Shown here piece after piece: positions 27,053-40,571 of a stretch of DNA of 64,000 nt (its first letter is position 1; every line of letters starts with the position of its first letter). Location of the stretch: assembly GCF_009914755.1 (NCBI RefSeq), contig NC_060927.1. One strand, 5' to 3'. Source of the DNA: the human T2T-CHM13v2.0 reference genome, Homo sapiens. The position numbers were made by a program, and so were the translations under genes. The notes below the pieces were generated by a model. That model did not search any database, was not told where the DNA came from, and was given only the letters and a program-made list of their open reading frames with translations.

Positions 27053-27944
27053 CGAGGAGCCGCTAGGGGGGACGGGGCTGGGGCCCGGGCGCCTCCGCTG
27101 GGGGCAGCAGAAAGCGCCCGGCATGGGCGGGGGTCTTCGCAGCGCCTCCTCCCGGCAGGCCGCGGCGCGAAGCACCTGTCCCCAATCTTCCATCCCCGAC
27201 GCCCCTTCCCGGGTACCCCCCTCCAAAAGCTGCCAGGCACACTGGGAACTTGTCAGGTGGCTTTGGTGACAGGGGCAGGGATGGCACTTATCTTTTAAGT
27301 TAAGCATTGGAGTAAGGGGTCGTGGTTACCATACCCTGGCACCGTCCATCAGCTTTAATGTTCCTTAGGAGGTTGAAAGAATTTCATAAGATCTTCACTT
27401 TATTGTTCCCCCAAAGAAAGGACAGAATGAAAGATAAAGACGGGAACAAGAGAAAAGATCGCATCCGTCATATTCACTGGGTGCCTCTTCTGTGCCCTGA
27501 AATGTGCTTGCATTGTCCCAATTTAAGGTAGAAAGATGATGTCTGAGTTGATACGCGCGCACACAGGCAGATACACACACACACCTCAAGGTAATGAGCA
27601 AGAGGATTTGGACAAGTTTTTCATTGGAAAAAGCTTCCACTCAACAAGTCTGGAGCCCCAGCTGCTGCCATTTTATATTAGGGAGGGTACTGGGATAGCC
27701 ATGGGCATCTTTAAACTTGGTCTCTTTCACTGAGTAGTCAATTTGCAGGGATAGAGCAGTCATTTCCTTCCTGTCCTGATGAGTCTGCTTCCAGCAATTT
27801 CAGTGGCCAGATCTAAATTTCTCCTGCTGGGAAGCTCAGACAAATAAAGCAAATCCAGCCATGGGATGTTTGGGTGCGCAGAGGCATAGAATTAGTACAG
27901 CGATTAGAGGATGGCTCCTTCTTTCCTCCCCGATAGGAATTCAA

Positions 27945-28249
27945 TTTTTTTTTTTTTTTTTTTTTTGGAGACAGAGTCTTGCTCTTTCTCCCAGGCTGGA
28001 GTGCAGTGGTGCCATCTCAGCTCACTGCAACCTCTGCCTCCTGGGTTCAAGCAATTCCCTGCTTCAGCCACCTGAGCAGCTGGGATTACAGGAGTCCATC
28101 ACCACGCCCAGCTAATTTTTGTATTTTTAGTACAGACGGGATTTCACCATCTTGGCCAGGCTGGTCTTGAACTCCTGACCTCAAATGATCCGCTGACCTC
28201 AAGCTTCTCAAAGTGCTGGCGTTACAGGCGTGAGCCACCGCGCCCCGCC
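27945..28249 (-). mobile_element. AluSx-type SINE
   Basis: Reverse Alu; TSD ggaattcaa at 27936-27944 and 28250-28258. Confidence 0.9.
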
Positions 28250-29402
28250 GGAATTCAAATATTAAATGATTCCTGCTCAGGGAATCAGACTCTGAGAGAC
28301 AAGGATGCCTTCCTGTTCCAGCCCAAATGCCTGTTCCTTAAGCCTGTACACCTCTGGTAGCTAAGGTTTTTCATAGACTCTCTTTGCCCTCATCCTCTTC
28401 TTTCTCTCTCTGAGAAATCAACACTCATTCTCCTGACCTAGATGCTCCAGGGGCAAAACCAAGCTCCACCTATTGTGTTTTGTTCCCCACATACATCCTT
28501 GACAGCCTCTGCTCAAAAGGCTTGTTGTATATGAGAGCCTTGTTGAGAGTCCTTTGAGAATTCCTAAAATCCCACATCTTTTGAAACGTGGCCAACATTT
28601 TTTAGTACCCCCCTCTGTGCAGGCACTTACATTTTCTCAACTATTCTCACAAATATTCTATAAGATGTTTACCAACTTTCAGAAAAGTTGGGTAACATAC
28701 CAGGGTGATCCCATGAAGAATTTATTTAAATCAATGCCTGAGGTTCACTCTGGTTGGCCACCCATTCTCTTTTCCTTTGATCCGTGGGTTTTAAAAGGAA
28801 CCCTTGACATTCAGGGGATCAATTTATTATATACATGCTTATGTACATTTTTCCCACAGAGAGAAGATTCATGGTTCTCAACAGATTTCTTTCAAATTGG
28901 GTCCTTGACCCAGAAAAGTTAAGAATAATTACTTTAAATAGAAAGTGACTCTACATAGTAAAACAAAGAGTGGAAGTTATAGGAATCTTAAGCAAGTCAT
29001 CTTTATCCTCTCTGGGACTTAGTTTTCTGAAAATAAAAAGCGGAACTAAAGAATCTTAAGATTGCTCTCAACTCTAACATTTTCTAACTTTAGGTTAAAA
29101 TACACATATATGTGTGTATAGGTACACAAATACATACACAAACACACACACACACAAACAAACACACCCTCGCAATATGCTAACAAGTAGCCATTGTGAG
29201 ATCTAACCCTTCAGGACAGAAAATTCTAAAACATATTATATTTTCTAAAACATGGTCTGTTGCTCCAGGGTTTTTTGTTGTCGTGGTGGTTTGGTTTGGT
29301 TTGTATTGTTTTGACAGTTATTGATGTCTTTCTTCATCTTCACAAGCTCTTTTCAAGCAAGTCAGAGAGAGCATACTTTCATGGCAGATATTTTTTTCTC
29401 AC

Positions 29403-29640
29403 ATATTCATTCATTCATTCAACAAATACTTATTGAGCATCTACTTTCTCCTAGGTCCTGTGGGTTCAGAGCCCCTGCCTCAAGGACTGTACAGTTTAGT
29501 GATGGAGACAGACAAGAAGCAGGCAATAACAATACTGCCTATGAAGGGACAAAGTTCTGGGAACTGCAGGAACATGCAGGAAGGATAACCAACTGTTCCC
29601 CTGGGGTTCAGAAAAAGTTTTCCTGAGGAAATGTCAAATT
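29403..29640 (-). mobile_element. L2 3' end relic
   Basis: attcattcattcattcaacaaatacttattgagcatctact...ccctgcctcaagga. Confidence 0.75.
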
Positions 29641-30559
29641 TGCTGCCACATCCAACTTTGCTGCCCTATGGTGTGCTCAGCCTGGAGTGGCAGCTATCAT
29701 AGATGGGAGCTGTGGTGGACACCTGCCCCTGGATGAGCCATGACAGGCTCTCCTTCCAGTATTTCAAACTGAGCTTGAAGAATGAGTCAGTCAGCTGGCA
29801 TTGAATGGTGAGATTGTAGACTGTGGTGGCCCAAATTAGAACAATGGCACCAAAAACCATGATGCCAAAGTCATCAGGAAGTAAGTTCTAAGATCCTTGC
29901 CAAGGAAGTTGGTCTGTAAAGAGGAGAACAGCCAGCCATGTAGACAGAAATGAGATTTCTAAAGACCTAAAGGCCTTGGATATCTACCTGCTTATTTGAC
30001 TTCCCCAGTGTGAGTATTTAACCCACCAGTATCTCAAACTTGATTTTTATGCACCAAGTCTCCTCTCTCCCAAGGTCACCCATCAGGATAATGACATCAC
30101 CAATCATCCTGTTGCTCAGGTCCAAACCTAGGAGTATCATTAATTCTTCCTTTTGCTTATACCACACGTTTACACCATCAGCCAGTTCTATCAGCTTTAC
30201 TTGGGGCTGAGCCAAGCCATATCAAACCCTGAAGCAAAAGAAAAACTCTGTACCCGTACATATTTTTTGAACCAAATAGAAAAAGTTAAGCTCTACAGTG
30301 AAAAAGCATGACTATATATAAAAGCACCGTAATGCCCAATCAGTTTTCCTATGATTGTCAACCCTCACAAGCCTGCCAGTGTGGGAATATGAGAGCCAAG
30401 TGGCCTTGGAACTGAGCACAGGTTGGAAACAACTGTTCTTCTTGCACAATGATGCAGGGTCATAAAACAACAACCTGTGTTGGTTTTGTTTTTGTTTCTT
30501 TGGGTTTTTTGCATTCATTTTGAATATAGTAACAGCAACAAAGAACAAATACCAATTAG

Positions 30560-30770
30560 ACAAAATCAGTACTATGTGCGAGGCCCTGTTCTAAGCTCTT
30601 TGTGTGCATTAACTGACTTATTCCTCACAATTGACCTAAAATATACCATTATTACACCTATTTTACCAACAAAGGCACTGAGGCACCTCTAGGTAAGGTA
30701 ATTTACCAGGGCCACACAGCTAAGTCATCGCAGGGCTGAAATTCTAACCCAAGAAGTCTGACTCCAGAAC
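30560..30770 (-). mobile_element. MIR SINE
   Basis: tactatgtgcgaggccctgttctaagc...actgaggcac...gccacacagctaag...gtctgactccaga. Confidence 0.7.
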
Positions 30771-31508
30771 AAACGAGGTAAAATAAACTGGACTTGGTGA
30801 GCAATTGGCTATGTGCAAGAGAGAGGAGTCAAAAATGTTCCCAGGAGTCTGGTTTGGGCAGCTAGGTGGATAGTGTGCCATTCACTAAAACTGGAAATAA
30901 AGGTTGGGGAGGAGTACAGGTTTATGGAAAGTTTATAGATCATATGGGAAACCCAATTATGAACAGTTTATGGGTTCAATTTAAGGCTTTTCGTATTTGA
31001 GATGCCAAGGACCTCATGGTAGAGATGTCCAGAACATGGCAGTTTCAATGTGCTTTGAAGTCAGACAGCAGATACTTGATGAAGACAGTATATGAGAGTC
31101 ACCAAGTTTGGTGATTAGAGTCCTGGGCATAGCCGAGTAACCCAGAACAGTCATTAGCATGTCCACAGGAAGAATCTAGTTGAATAAGAAACAAAATCCC
31201 TAAACAACTTATAATTGTCTGTTCTTCTTAGGCATGAGGTCATTTGCGCAAGTCTTAACAGGGTAGATTTTAGCTCAAAAGAAACATGATTGAGCTGCCA
31301 CTTTAAAACAAAACAAAACACCTAATTAACTGACCCATCACCACAACAGTTGGACTGGAAAAAAGTCACCTGATCCTTTGGAAGCCAACAATTGGTGCCG
31401 TTAAACCATTCAAATTATATTTGCCAGAAATGTTTTAAGACCTTTGTAGGTTTTAAGCATCATAGCAAAGATATCAAAATCCAGCACCATCAAAAGTATA
31501 TATTTTTT

Positions 31509-31660
31509 TGGCTGTGCATGGTAGCTCACATCTGTAATCCAGCACTTTGGGAGGCCAAGGCAGGAGGATCACTTGAGCCCAGGAGGTCAAGGCTGCAGTA
31601 AGCTGTGATCACACCACTGCACTCCAGCACAGGTGACAGAATAAGACTCTGTCAAAAATA
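31509..31660 (+). mobile_element. Alu monomer: left-arm/right-arm chimera of AluJ type
   Basis: Left-arm start (gctcacatctgtaatccagcactttgggaggcc) continues into right-arm end (ggtcaaggctgcagtaagctgtgatcacaccactgcactccagc). Confidence 0.8.
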
Positions 31661-33155
31661 TATATATATTTATACACACACACACATGCACACACACACA
31701 TTTGTTTTTCTGTGAAAATGCTTGAAAGTTTTTTAAATTATTTGAGCAAGAACCATTCATTTTACTTACTTGTGGCTGTGGTTGTCCAAAATCATTAAGC
31801 ATACTCAGAGACTATTATAAGGTGAGAAGAAAATCTAACATACAGTTGTTTGCAAATGAAAGGAAATGTTTATAAATATGAAAACCCATAAAGTTATATT
31901 TTGTAGACATTTATTAAACATTTAATTCTCAATTTATAATTTTCTGTAAATCTGTCATCTCAAGGCAGGCAAGTCTTTCAGGGCTTTGCAAAAATGTTGA
32001 TTAAATGTTCATATAATGTAAAATAACATCAATTTCTTTAGTTCCTTGGCTTCCAATAACCTCATTTCCTGACTTTAATCACTCATGAAGTCTGACCCCC
32101 CCCTTGCTATCCTTGGGTTCCATGACAGGCCTCTATGTTTTTTCAGTAGATACCTTCTTTTTTGTTTGTTTGTTTTTGCCTCCTTAAGTATCTTTAGTGA
32201 GTTTCTCTTCCTTGCAACCACAAGTACTGTCGGAATTGAAAGTCAGCTTCCTTCCACCTAGGCAAGCCCCCCACTCTGGGCTCTGTGTGTTTCTCTGTGG
32301 TATTTTCCATGAACTGCTGCCCATTGCTTGGGCCTCCTCTTCCTTCCTCATTCCCTGGCTTGGCTATTTAAAGGTAGTTCATTAGCACCTTTTAAATTAT
32401 GATAAAAGCTGTAAAATTAGGAGAATTTTTAACATACCCATTTTAAAATAACTCCAAGGTAGAAAAGGCCTGTTTGAAGCTCTCGAGGAGAGAAATAACC
32501 ACAGACACAGGCTTTAAAACCTCCACCATGCAGCAGACTCACGTAATCTTATTTGTCTCACTCAAACCCTGCTTCCTTTAGTCTTGTGCTTTTTGCTACC
32601 AAAGGATTTATATTCAGACACCACGCAGTTTTCCTTCTAAAGCTAAAGGCTTACGAGAGAGTTGAGCTAGCCTAGAAACCTATGAAGAGTTCTTACCTTG
32701 AATCTTGTCTGCATTTCCATCCATGCAGATACTGAAAAGACCCAGGCAAAAAATTAAAGCAAGCTAGTAATAGGATTCACTACAATCAGAAAAAAATAAC
32801 AAAATTCAGGGGAGGTATTGAAATATGAAAGGTGTATAAAATATCAATTACACAGCAAAGCCCACCTTTTTACAGTTTTCCTCCACAGTGGCAAAAGTTC
32901 AGAATTTAATAGTTGTGTGTCTTCAGACAAATTACTTACTTAGAGATTCTTTTCCTTATTTATAAAATAGGACTAGTCACAGTTTCTTTTCAACATGACT
33001 GTGATGAGGATAATCATATAACTATTCAGGTAAAGTCCTTAGATCACTCAAGAAATGGTGGCTTCTGTGCTCATAATAATGATCATGAAAAGAGTGTAAT
33101 TTACATACAACATTCTTAGAAGGTTTAAATTAATCTGTGAAACTTTATAATAAAT

Positions 33156-33275
33156 GGCCAGGACTAGGGTGAAGCAAGTGAAACCCTAGCCTTGGGTGCA
33201 CAATTCAAAAGGGTACCAAATTCTCAGTAATCAAGATGCATTATATTTTAATATAATATTTTTGAAAAACAAATT
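33156..33275 (+). mobile_element. hAT DNA transposon end (MER96B-like)
   Basis: ggccaggactagggtgaagcaagtga...gggtgcacaattcaaaagggtaccaaa...cagtaatcaagat; same family occurs reversed at 46180-46394. Confidence 0.5.
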
Positions 33276-34687
33276 CGTAAACTACAGCCCATGGACCAGC
33301 TACTTGTTTCTGTAAATAAAGTTTTATTGGAAGTTTTGAGAAACAATAAAGAGAAAAAAGGACCGGAGCTTCCTTTATAGGAATTTTACACCCTGAGGGT
33401 CCAAAGAAGAATTTCTTATACTAGGGCTTTTAATTAACAGCCAAATTCCTAGTGCTAGGAGTGCTGCTGAACACTTGCATTCATCTATTATCTTTACAGC
33501 CTAGACTCTCTGTGGGCAGGAGAAAAACACCTGTTCAAAAGGTGGGTTCTCATTGTGAGAGGAAGGGTAACAAGCTATTCAGCAATTCTTGGAACCAAAA
33601 TGAACTTGTTTACCCATTTTAACAAGAACCCAAGGTCTACAGAATACCTGCTTTTGACTATATATTGGAAAAATCAATGAGATAAATATCTGAATAAACA
33701 CACTGAATACTCGATAAATATGAGTCATTTTTTAGTAATATGAGAATTGTTAATGTAATTTGAAGAGTGGAATCCACAGTTGTACTGCAAAGATATAAGT
33801 GATGGGTCCATTAATCAGCCTGCTGCAGAACGGGGCCAATGCTAGATAAAGGGAGAATGGGGCATCAACCCAGAAAATGGGATTGGGTGCTGGTTTTTCT
33901 TCCAAGCATGAGGTATATATCCTATCACCTACAAAAGTGGCTCAGATTACTGAATGTTCTAGCACTAAGCAATTCTTATAGACAGTACAAAGCCTCATAA
34001 CTTAAGTTGCCAAAAATTTATCCATTTCTTGAAACAGGTTTTGGATCAGCTCTGAGAAAGAGTTCTTTTCCAAACAAAAGCCTAACTACACAATTAAATG
34101 AAAGGGAATTCATTCACTTGGAGGAGAATAATGAAAGAAAACAAGTTATTTTAAATGATAAAAAATATGAACCAAATTGGCAACACCTTTAGAATGATTG
34201 CTGCTGGGTTTGATTAATGGGATACATTATCAGCTGAACAAAAAAAGAGTTTATCAGTTTAGTACATTTTTTACTTAACCTTTCAATGAAAATCTTAAAA
34301 CTTTTTTCAGCATACAAAAATAGGAGGAATGGCTTAGAAAAGAAAATTGAAATGTTCCAGAAAAAGCAAAAATCTACCCTCTGAGATAACTGACCACCAC
34401 TTTTAACAGCCTGGTGTTTATTCCCTTGGATTTTTGAATGTATATATATTTTTAATTGGATCCAACTATGGTTTTTGTCTTTCAGTATCCTTTATCTCCT
34501 TCTAGCTTTACACTTTGCCCCTCTGGCTTCAGAAGTTGTCGCACCACTTTTCCTCCTTGGCCACAGTGATTGCTCCAAGCACTAGACACATGAACATAGC
34601 CAGGCCAATGAGAATCCTTTCCTTAGATTTTTCAACTACTGGAACTCTGTTCTTCTCTAGTCAAGGAGCTACAAGAATGTAGTAACA

Positions 34688-34978
34688 GGCCAGGCTGCAG
34701 TTGCTCATACCTGTAATCCTAACACTTTGGGAGGCCGAGGTGTGAAGATCGCTTGAGCCCAGGAATTCAAGACCAGCCTGGGCAACATGGCAGGACCCCA
34801 TCTCTACAAAAAAAATGAAAAATTAGCCAGGCGTGGTGATGTGCACCTGTAGTCCTAGGTTCTCGGGAAGCTGAGGTGAGAGGATTGCTGGAGCCCAGGA
34901 GGTTGGGGCTGCAGTGAACCATGATCATGCCAGCCTGGATAACAGAGCAAGATCCTGTCTGGAAAAAAAAAAAAAAAA
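34688..34978 (+). mobile_element. AluJ-type SINE within an old MLT1 relic (~34480-35290)
   Basis: Dimeric Alu with J diagnostics; flanks ggccaatgagaatcc and cacttgcagccaagagaatcctact. Confidence 0.85.
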
Positions 34979-37900
34979 CATAATAACAGAGTTGGTGGCA
35001 ACCATGGCTCCACTGTCATGGAAAAGCTGCAAACAGTCAGCAGCAGAGACAAAAGGCAGAGAGAAAGTCTTGGCCCTGAGAGCATTCAGGTTCCTGATTC
35101 CATTGCTAAGGACCCTGATGTCCCAGTCATTCCCAAAGCTCTTTTGTGCAGTTCTTTCTTCAATTCTCTGAGTGACTCCAGCATTGTTCCAGTTCTTATA
35201 ACTGTCTTACACCCATAGTAAGTTCCATTTCTTACTGAAGCTATTCCCCATGATTGTCTGCCACTTGCAGCCAAGAGAATCCTACTATACATACTCTTCT
35301 GCAATTTGATTTTATTCAGTTAAAATTGTACATAGCATGGACAATTTCCATATCAATGCACATCTCCCTCTTCCTTTTCAATGGCCGAATAATAGTCCTT
35401 TGTATGGATGAATGTTTATGACCTTTTTCTAAAGCCAGAAACACAAGAAGGTTTTAAAAATGGTAAACACAGAAAATTATACTCAGTTTGAAGAGCTGCA
35501 GCCACATTAGGAGTGGTGATTGTTATGGAAATGAGAGGCCAGCATTGATGAAGTTTAAGTAGCACTTATTCCCCAACCACCCATGTAGTACTCATCAAAC
35601 CTGTCTTATGCAGAGTAATTTTTGGCATTTGTTATCACCTCTGCAGATTTCTAAAAGTTATGCCTTGTATATGCACCCCAGTTTCCCTGCTTCACCCAGC
35701 ATTGTAACCATAACTCAACCACTCATTCACAGGGTCTTCAAACCTATTTGTTATAGATGAACAAATATTTGAGTGAAGTTGAGAGGAGGCTGTGTTTGCA
35801 TGAGTTGTTGAGACCTGGAACCATAAGTACAATTAGTACCAAGTTTGAATCCATCTGAAGTTTTGAAGTCCACTGTTTCTGCCATGCAGTTTCCAAGACA
35901 TGGATCAACTTTAATAAAGAGTTACACTTGGGCTTCACAGTCATACAGTAATGGGGTCAAGTTCCAGTTCCTCCGTTTGTACGTTGTGTGGTCTTGAGCT
36001 AAGGCTCCCCTCTAAGCTGTTTTCTCATTAGAAAAAAAAAGAGGGTTGATTAATAGTACTTATCTCATAAATAATTTGAGAAGATTAAATAAGAAATTGT
36101 GTGGAAAGTTTCTATGACTGTGCTGCATTCATAGTAAATGCTTAATAAACGGAGGCTAGCATCATCTTCTTCATGATATTCAATACATTCTGTTGTCCAG
36201 GGCTGTATACCGCTTCCACCTTCCAAGTTTTTCAACTGCCAAAGTGACTTTCAGAAACTGTTCTTTAAAGAGCTGGGTGCTAGCCAGGAAACATTTGGAA
36301 GCAAAAATAGTCCTAAAAATAAGGAAAGGACGCATGACTTTTTAAATGTTGAGTTTTTCTTTAAGAGCAAAATTAAACTGTGAGTAAAGATCAAAATTCA
36401 TTCTTTCTGTGACCTTGTTCCAAAGTGAGGTTTATTGGAGCATAATACATGTCAGATGTTGTTTAGAGTGGCATGTGCCCTTCTCAGGATATGTTGAACA
36501 TACGCTGTGTGTCTAGGGGTTTTTCTAGCAGGTGTTTTGGGGCTGAAGAGAGAAGAAGGGTTCATTTGACAACAACATCCACAGCCCTCAGGTTCACCCT
36601 GGATTATGTTCTTCAAAGTACAAACAGGTATAAAAAGGATAATTTCCTAGATCCTTAAGGCAAATAGTTTGTGAAATCGAATTCAAGGGACTTTCCCCTG
36701 ATGATATTATGGCCTTGGGAATTCAGATTAATTGTTCATATAAAATACAGAAGAGGAAAAAACTGCAGCATGGATTGGGATTCAATTTAATACCTTCCAA
36801 GAAATTGTCCTCTTCTTGCAGTTTCCATTGCTTAACACCTTCTTCTCCCACCACTCCACCTTGTTAACTTCTGTTCTTCCTTCTGCCACAACTCAGATGG
36901 CATTGCCTGCAGCAGCACTCCCTGAGTCCTCTGTTAGGTGCCGTGCTATCAAATCTCATTGCCCACCACACTTCTTCATAGCACTTACCAAGACCATCAT
37001 GGAATAACTGACTCTTGGACTCAGTGCTTTCTCACCCACACAACTGTATGCTCCAGTTTCACCAGGAATAGGACCACTTCTATCACGTTGGCCCCATTGC
37101 CAGGTCCTTTGTAATGATATTATAAATATCTGAAAATCTTGAGAAAAAATTTGATTTATTCAATAAATTTTGACTTTAGAAAACCCAATGAGTAGCTAAT
37201 TTGCTAAGGAGTTTTCCTTATGATGGTCAGAAGAATGTCTTTATTCCATGTAACGAAAAAAAAACCCACTATAGCTATTTGATATTGTATTATCGACATT
37301 CTCTGAACTTATTTGGTTATCAGTTTCAGGAAAGAAAGTGATAATTATAATAATTAGCTCTAATTGGATGTGTAAATGGCTACATTCAAAAAGGAATTGA
37401 AAGAGACTCACGTAAAAGGGGTCTTGAAAGCCATACCTTACCTACCTGCATAGTCATGCTACACAAGGGTGGCAGACAAAAGCCAGAGTGAACAAAAGAC
37501 AAAAGCCAGAGGGTTATTGATGACACTGCTCACCCCGCTGAAGCACCTGCAGCACTGGGTTTCAGTACGTCGACTGGAAGAAACTTCTGAGACAGCTTCC
37601 CCTTCTCAGAGCCAGCTAGCCTCTGCTTGGATCCTCTCTGTGAGAAGGGACTCACTTAACACCACGAGGCAGTCCATTCCATTATTGAATGGTTTAAAGG
37701 ATTGGGTAGTTTCTTCCTACATTAAGACAAAAATGTGTTTGGCTCTAATTCCACCCATCAAAATCATTCTGCATCTGGCAGATGCACCAAGGCTAACAAT
37801 TTTAGTTCCAGCATAAGACAAACTCATTTTTGAGTATTACTAGCTGTGTGATCTTGGGCAAATTGCTTCACCCCCTCTGAGCCTCAATTTCTTAAACTAG

Positions 37901-38063
37901 ACACTAAATCTTAACCTGTAGTCAAAATTAAAAAATAAATTCATGTCAAGCACGTAGCCCCGTGCTTGATTCATATAAAGAGAGAGCTGTGAACTCTCCA
38001 TATTCTTTCTTCTACATGGCAAGCATTCAAATATCAGAAGACAATAGCCCCATTTAGCCTTTT

Positions 38064-39453
38064 TTTTTAAATTTTTTTTTATTATACTTTAAGTTTCAGG
38101 GTACATGTGCACAACGTGCAGGTTAGTTACATATGTATACATGTGCCACGTTGGTGTGCTGCACCCATTAACTCATCATTTAACATTAGGTATATCTCCT
38201 AATGATCCTAATGCTATCCCTCCCCCTTCCCCCACTCCACAACAGGCCCTGGTGTGTGATGTTCCCTTTCCTGTGTCCATGTGTTCTCATTGTTCAATTC
38301 CCACCTCTGAGTGAGAACATGTGGTGTTTGGTTTTTTGTCCTTGTGATAGTTTGCTGAGAATGATGGTTTCCAGTTTCATCCATGTCCCTACAATGGACA
38401 TGAACTCATCATTTTTTATGGCTGCATACTATTCCATGGTGTATATGTGCCACATTTTCTTAATCCAGTCTATCACTGTTGGACATTTGGCTTGGTTCCA
38501 AGTCTTTGCTATTGTGAATAGTGCCACAATAAACATATGTGTGCATGTGTCTTTATAGCAGCATGATTTATAATCCTTTGGGTATATACCCAGTAATGGG
38601 ATTGCTGGGTCAAATGGTATTTCTAGTTCTAGATCCCTGAGGAATCGCCACACTGACTTCCACAATGGATGAACTAGTTTACAGTCCCACCAACAGTGTA
38701 AAAGTGTTCCTATTTCTCCACATCCTCTCCAGCACCTGTTGTTTCCTGACTTTTTAATGATCGCCATTCTAACTGCTGTGAGATGGTATCTCATTGCATG
38801 GTACTGGTACCAAAACAGAGATATAGACCAATGGAGCAGAACAGAGCCCTCAGAAATAATGCCACATATCTACAACCATCTGATCTTTGACAAACCTGAG
38901 AAAAACAAGAAATGGGGAAAGGATTCCCTATTTAATAAACGGTGCTGGGAAAACTGGCTAGCCATATGTAGAAAGGTGAAACTGGATCCCTTCCTTACAC
39001 CTTATACAAAAATTAATTCAAGATGGATTAAAGACTTAAATGTTAGACCTGAAACCATAAAAACCCTAGAAGAAAACCTAGGCAATACCATTCAGGACAT
39101 AGGCATGGGCAAGGACTTCATGTCTAAAACACCAAAAGCAATGGCAACAAAAGCCAAAATTGACAAATGGGATCTAATTGAACTAAAGAGCTTCTGCACA
39201 GCAAAAGAAACTACCATCAGAGTGAACAGACAACCTACAGAATGGGAGAAAATGTTTGCAATCTACTCATCTGACAAAGGGCTAGTATCCAGAACCTACA
39301 ATGAACTCCAACAAATTCACAAGAAAAAAAACAAACAACCCATCAACAAGTGGGCGAAGGATATGAACAGACACTTCTCAAAAGAAGACATTTATGCAGC
39401 CAAAAGACACATGAAAAAATGCTCATCATCACTGGCCATCAGAGAAATGCAAA
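38064..39453 (-). mobile_element. L1PA (about PA3/PA4) 5'-truncated insertion with 5' inversion
   Basis: Reverse 3'UTR plus ORF2 C-terminus at 38064-38796; forward ORF2 segment at 38797-39453 ([12 protein letters not shown]...AIREMQ); TSD ccatttagcctttt at 38050-38063 and 39454-39467. Confidence 0.95.
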
Positions 39454-39589
39454 CCATTTAGCCTTTTCTAGGCTAACTCCTGGTTTCTTTGGCCATTTAT
39501 TCTATAAGGTGCCTTGTGACATCTAGCTAATTAGGTTACAATGAACTCCCAGAATTGAATCAAGTTCTGCAGGAGATGATTAATTCAAA

Positions 39590-39710
39590 CTCGTAGAGCT
39601 ACTGCTCCCAGGTACTCTGAAGGCTGAGGCAGGAGGATCACTTGAGTTCAGGAGTTCAAGATCAGCCTGGGCAACACAGCAAGGCCCCGTCTCCAAAAAA
39701 GAAAAAAGAA
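39590..39710 (+). mobile_element. Alu monomer fragment (FLAM-like)
   Basis: ggctgaggcaggaggatcacttgagttcaggagttcaagatcagcctgggcaacacagcaagg. Confidence 0.75.
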
Positions 39711-40571
39711 GAGCTACTGCAGTGGGGAAAGAAGGTAACAGGGGAAACACCTCAGTTTGTGCAGGTGCACAAGAGGCATGTCTTTCCCACGTCTGCACCC
39801 TAACATTCTATGTATGTAGGGAAGATTTCAACCATGTTAGCAGTCCCCTCAGACTAGTGACTTAGTACAACCGAACTCTTTTAAAGGTAAATTTTATTGT
39901 TCTTGTGTTCTAGTTTTAAGAGCAGCATATGTTCAATACAGGAAATTTTTGCAAACTCTTGAAAAGAAAGAAGAAGAAAAATCTTCCATGATACTATATC
40001 CAGAGATAAATTGCCATTAGCACTTATTGTGTCTTTTTTCATTTTTAATTTATAGGTGAGTTGATATTCAGCAACTTCCATTTACATCTTATTGGTTTAA
40101 TAAGGTAACCTCTAGCTGCAAAGGAAACTGGGAAATATAGTTTCTTTTAAGGGTCACTCTGATGCCTTGAATAAAATTCTGGTTTATTAATAAGGAATAT
40201 GGGGAAATGAATATTGGGAGGGCAACTGGCAGTGTCCGCTGAACCTGTCTTTTTGAACATTTCTCTTGTTTTCAATTTGTCTGTATTATAAACAATGTTT
40301 TGATGAATGCCTTGTAGGAAAATCTTTGTACCTATCTATGATTATTCCTTAGGGCATGTTCCTAAAAGCAACTGTAGGGCTTAAGGATATGTGTCTTTCA
40401 AAGCTATTGTTTCATGTTATGCAATAATTTTTTAAGCAAACACAGCATGCGACATTTGTTGTTCTTAAATTTTATCTGTTAGATTTTAAAAGCTTAGTTA
40501 TTTGGCATTTTAGTGTGAATTCTGATCTCCTTCCCAGATTTATCCTATTTAAATTACTAATAAAAAGTCTT

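Larger units (their letters stand above)
26180..27215. promoter_or_regulatory. CpG island / promoter of a minus-strand gene
   Basis: About 1 kb of very high GC and dense CpG in an otherwise CpG-depleted window; GC boxes (gggcgggg near 26898, ggggcgg near 26917); not repeat-derived. Confidence 0.93.

Noticed and set aside
26256-27307. Overlapping 190-308 aa ORFs on both strands
   Set aside because: GC-rich island lacks stop codons; products are low-complexity Pro/Arg/Gly/Ala with no recognisable domain, and several start at non-ATG codons
38429-39461. 240-aa and 121-aa ORFs as a gene
   Set aside because: L1 ORF2 C-terminal fragments of a truncated, inverted insertion with no promoter, EN or RT core
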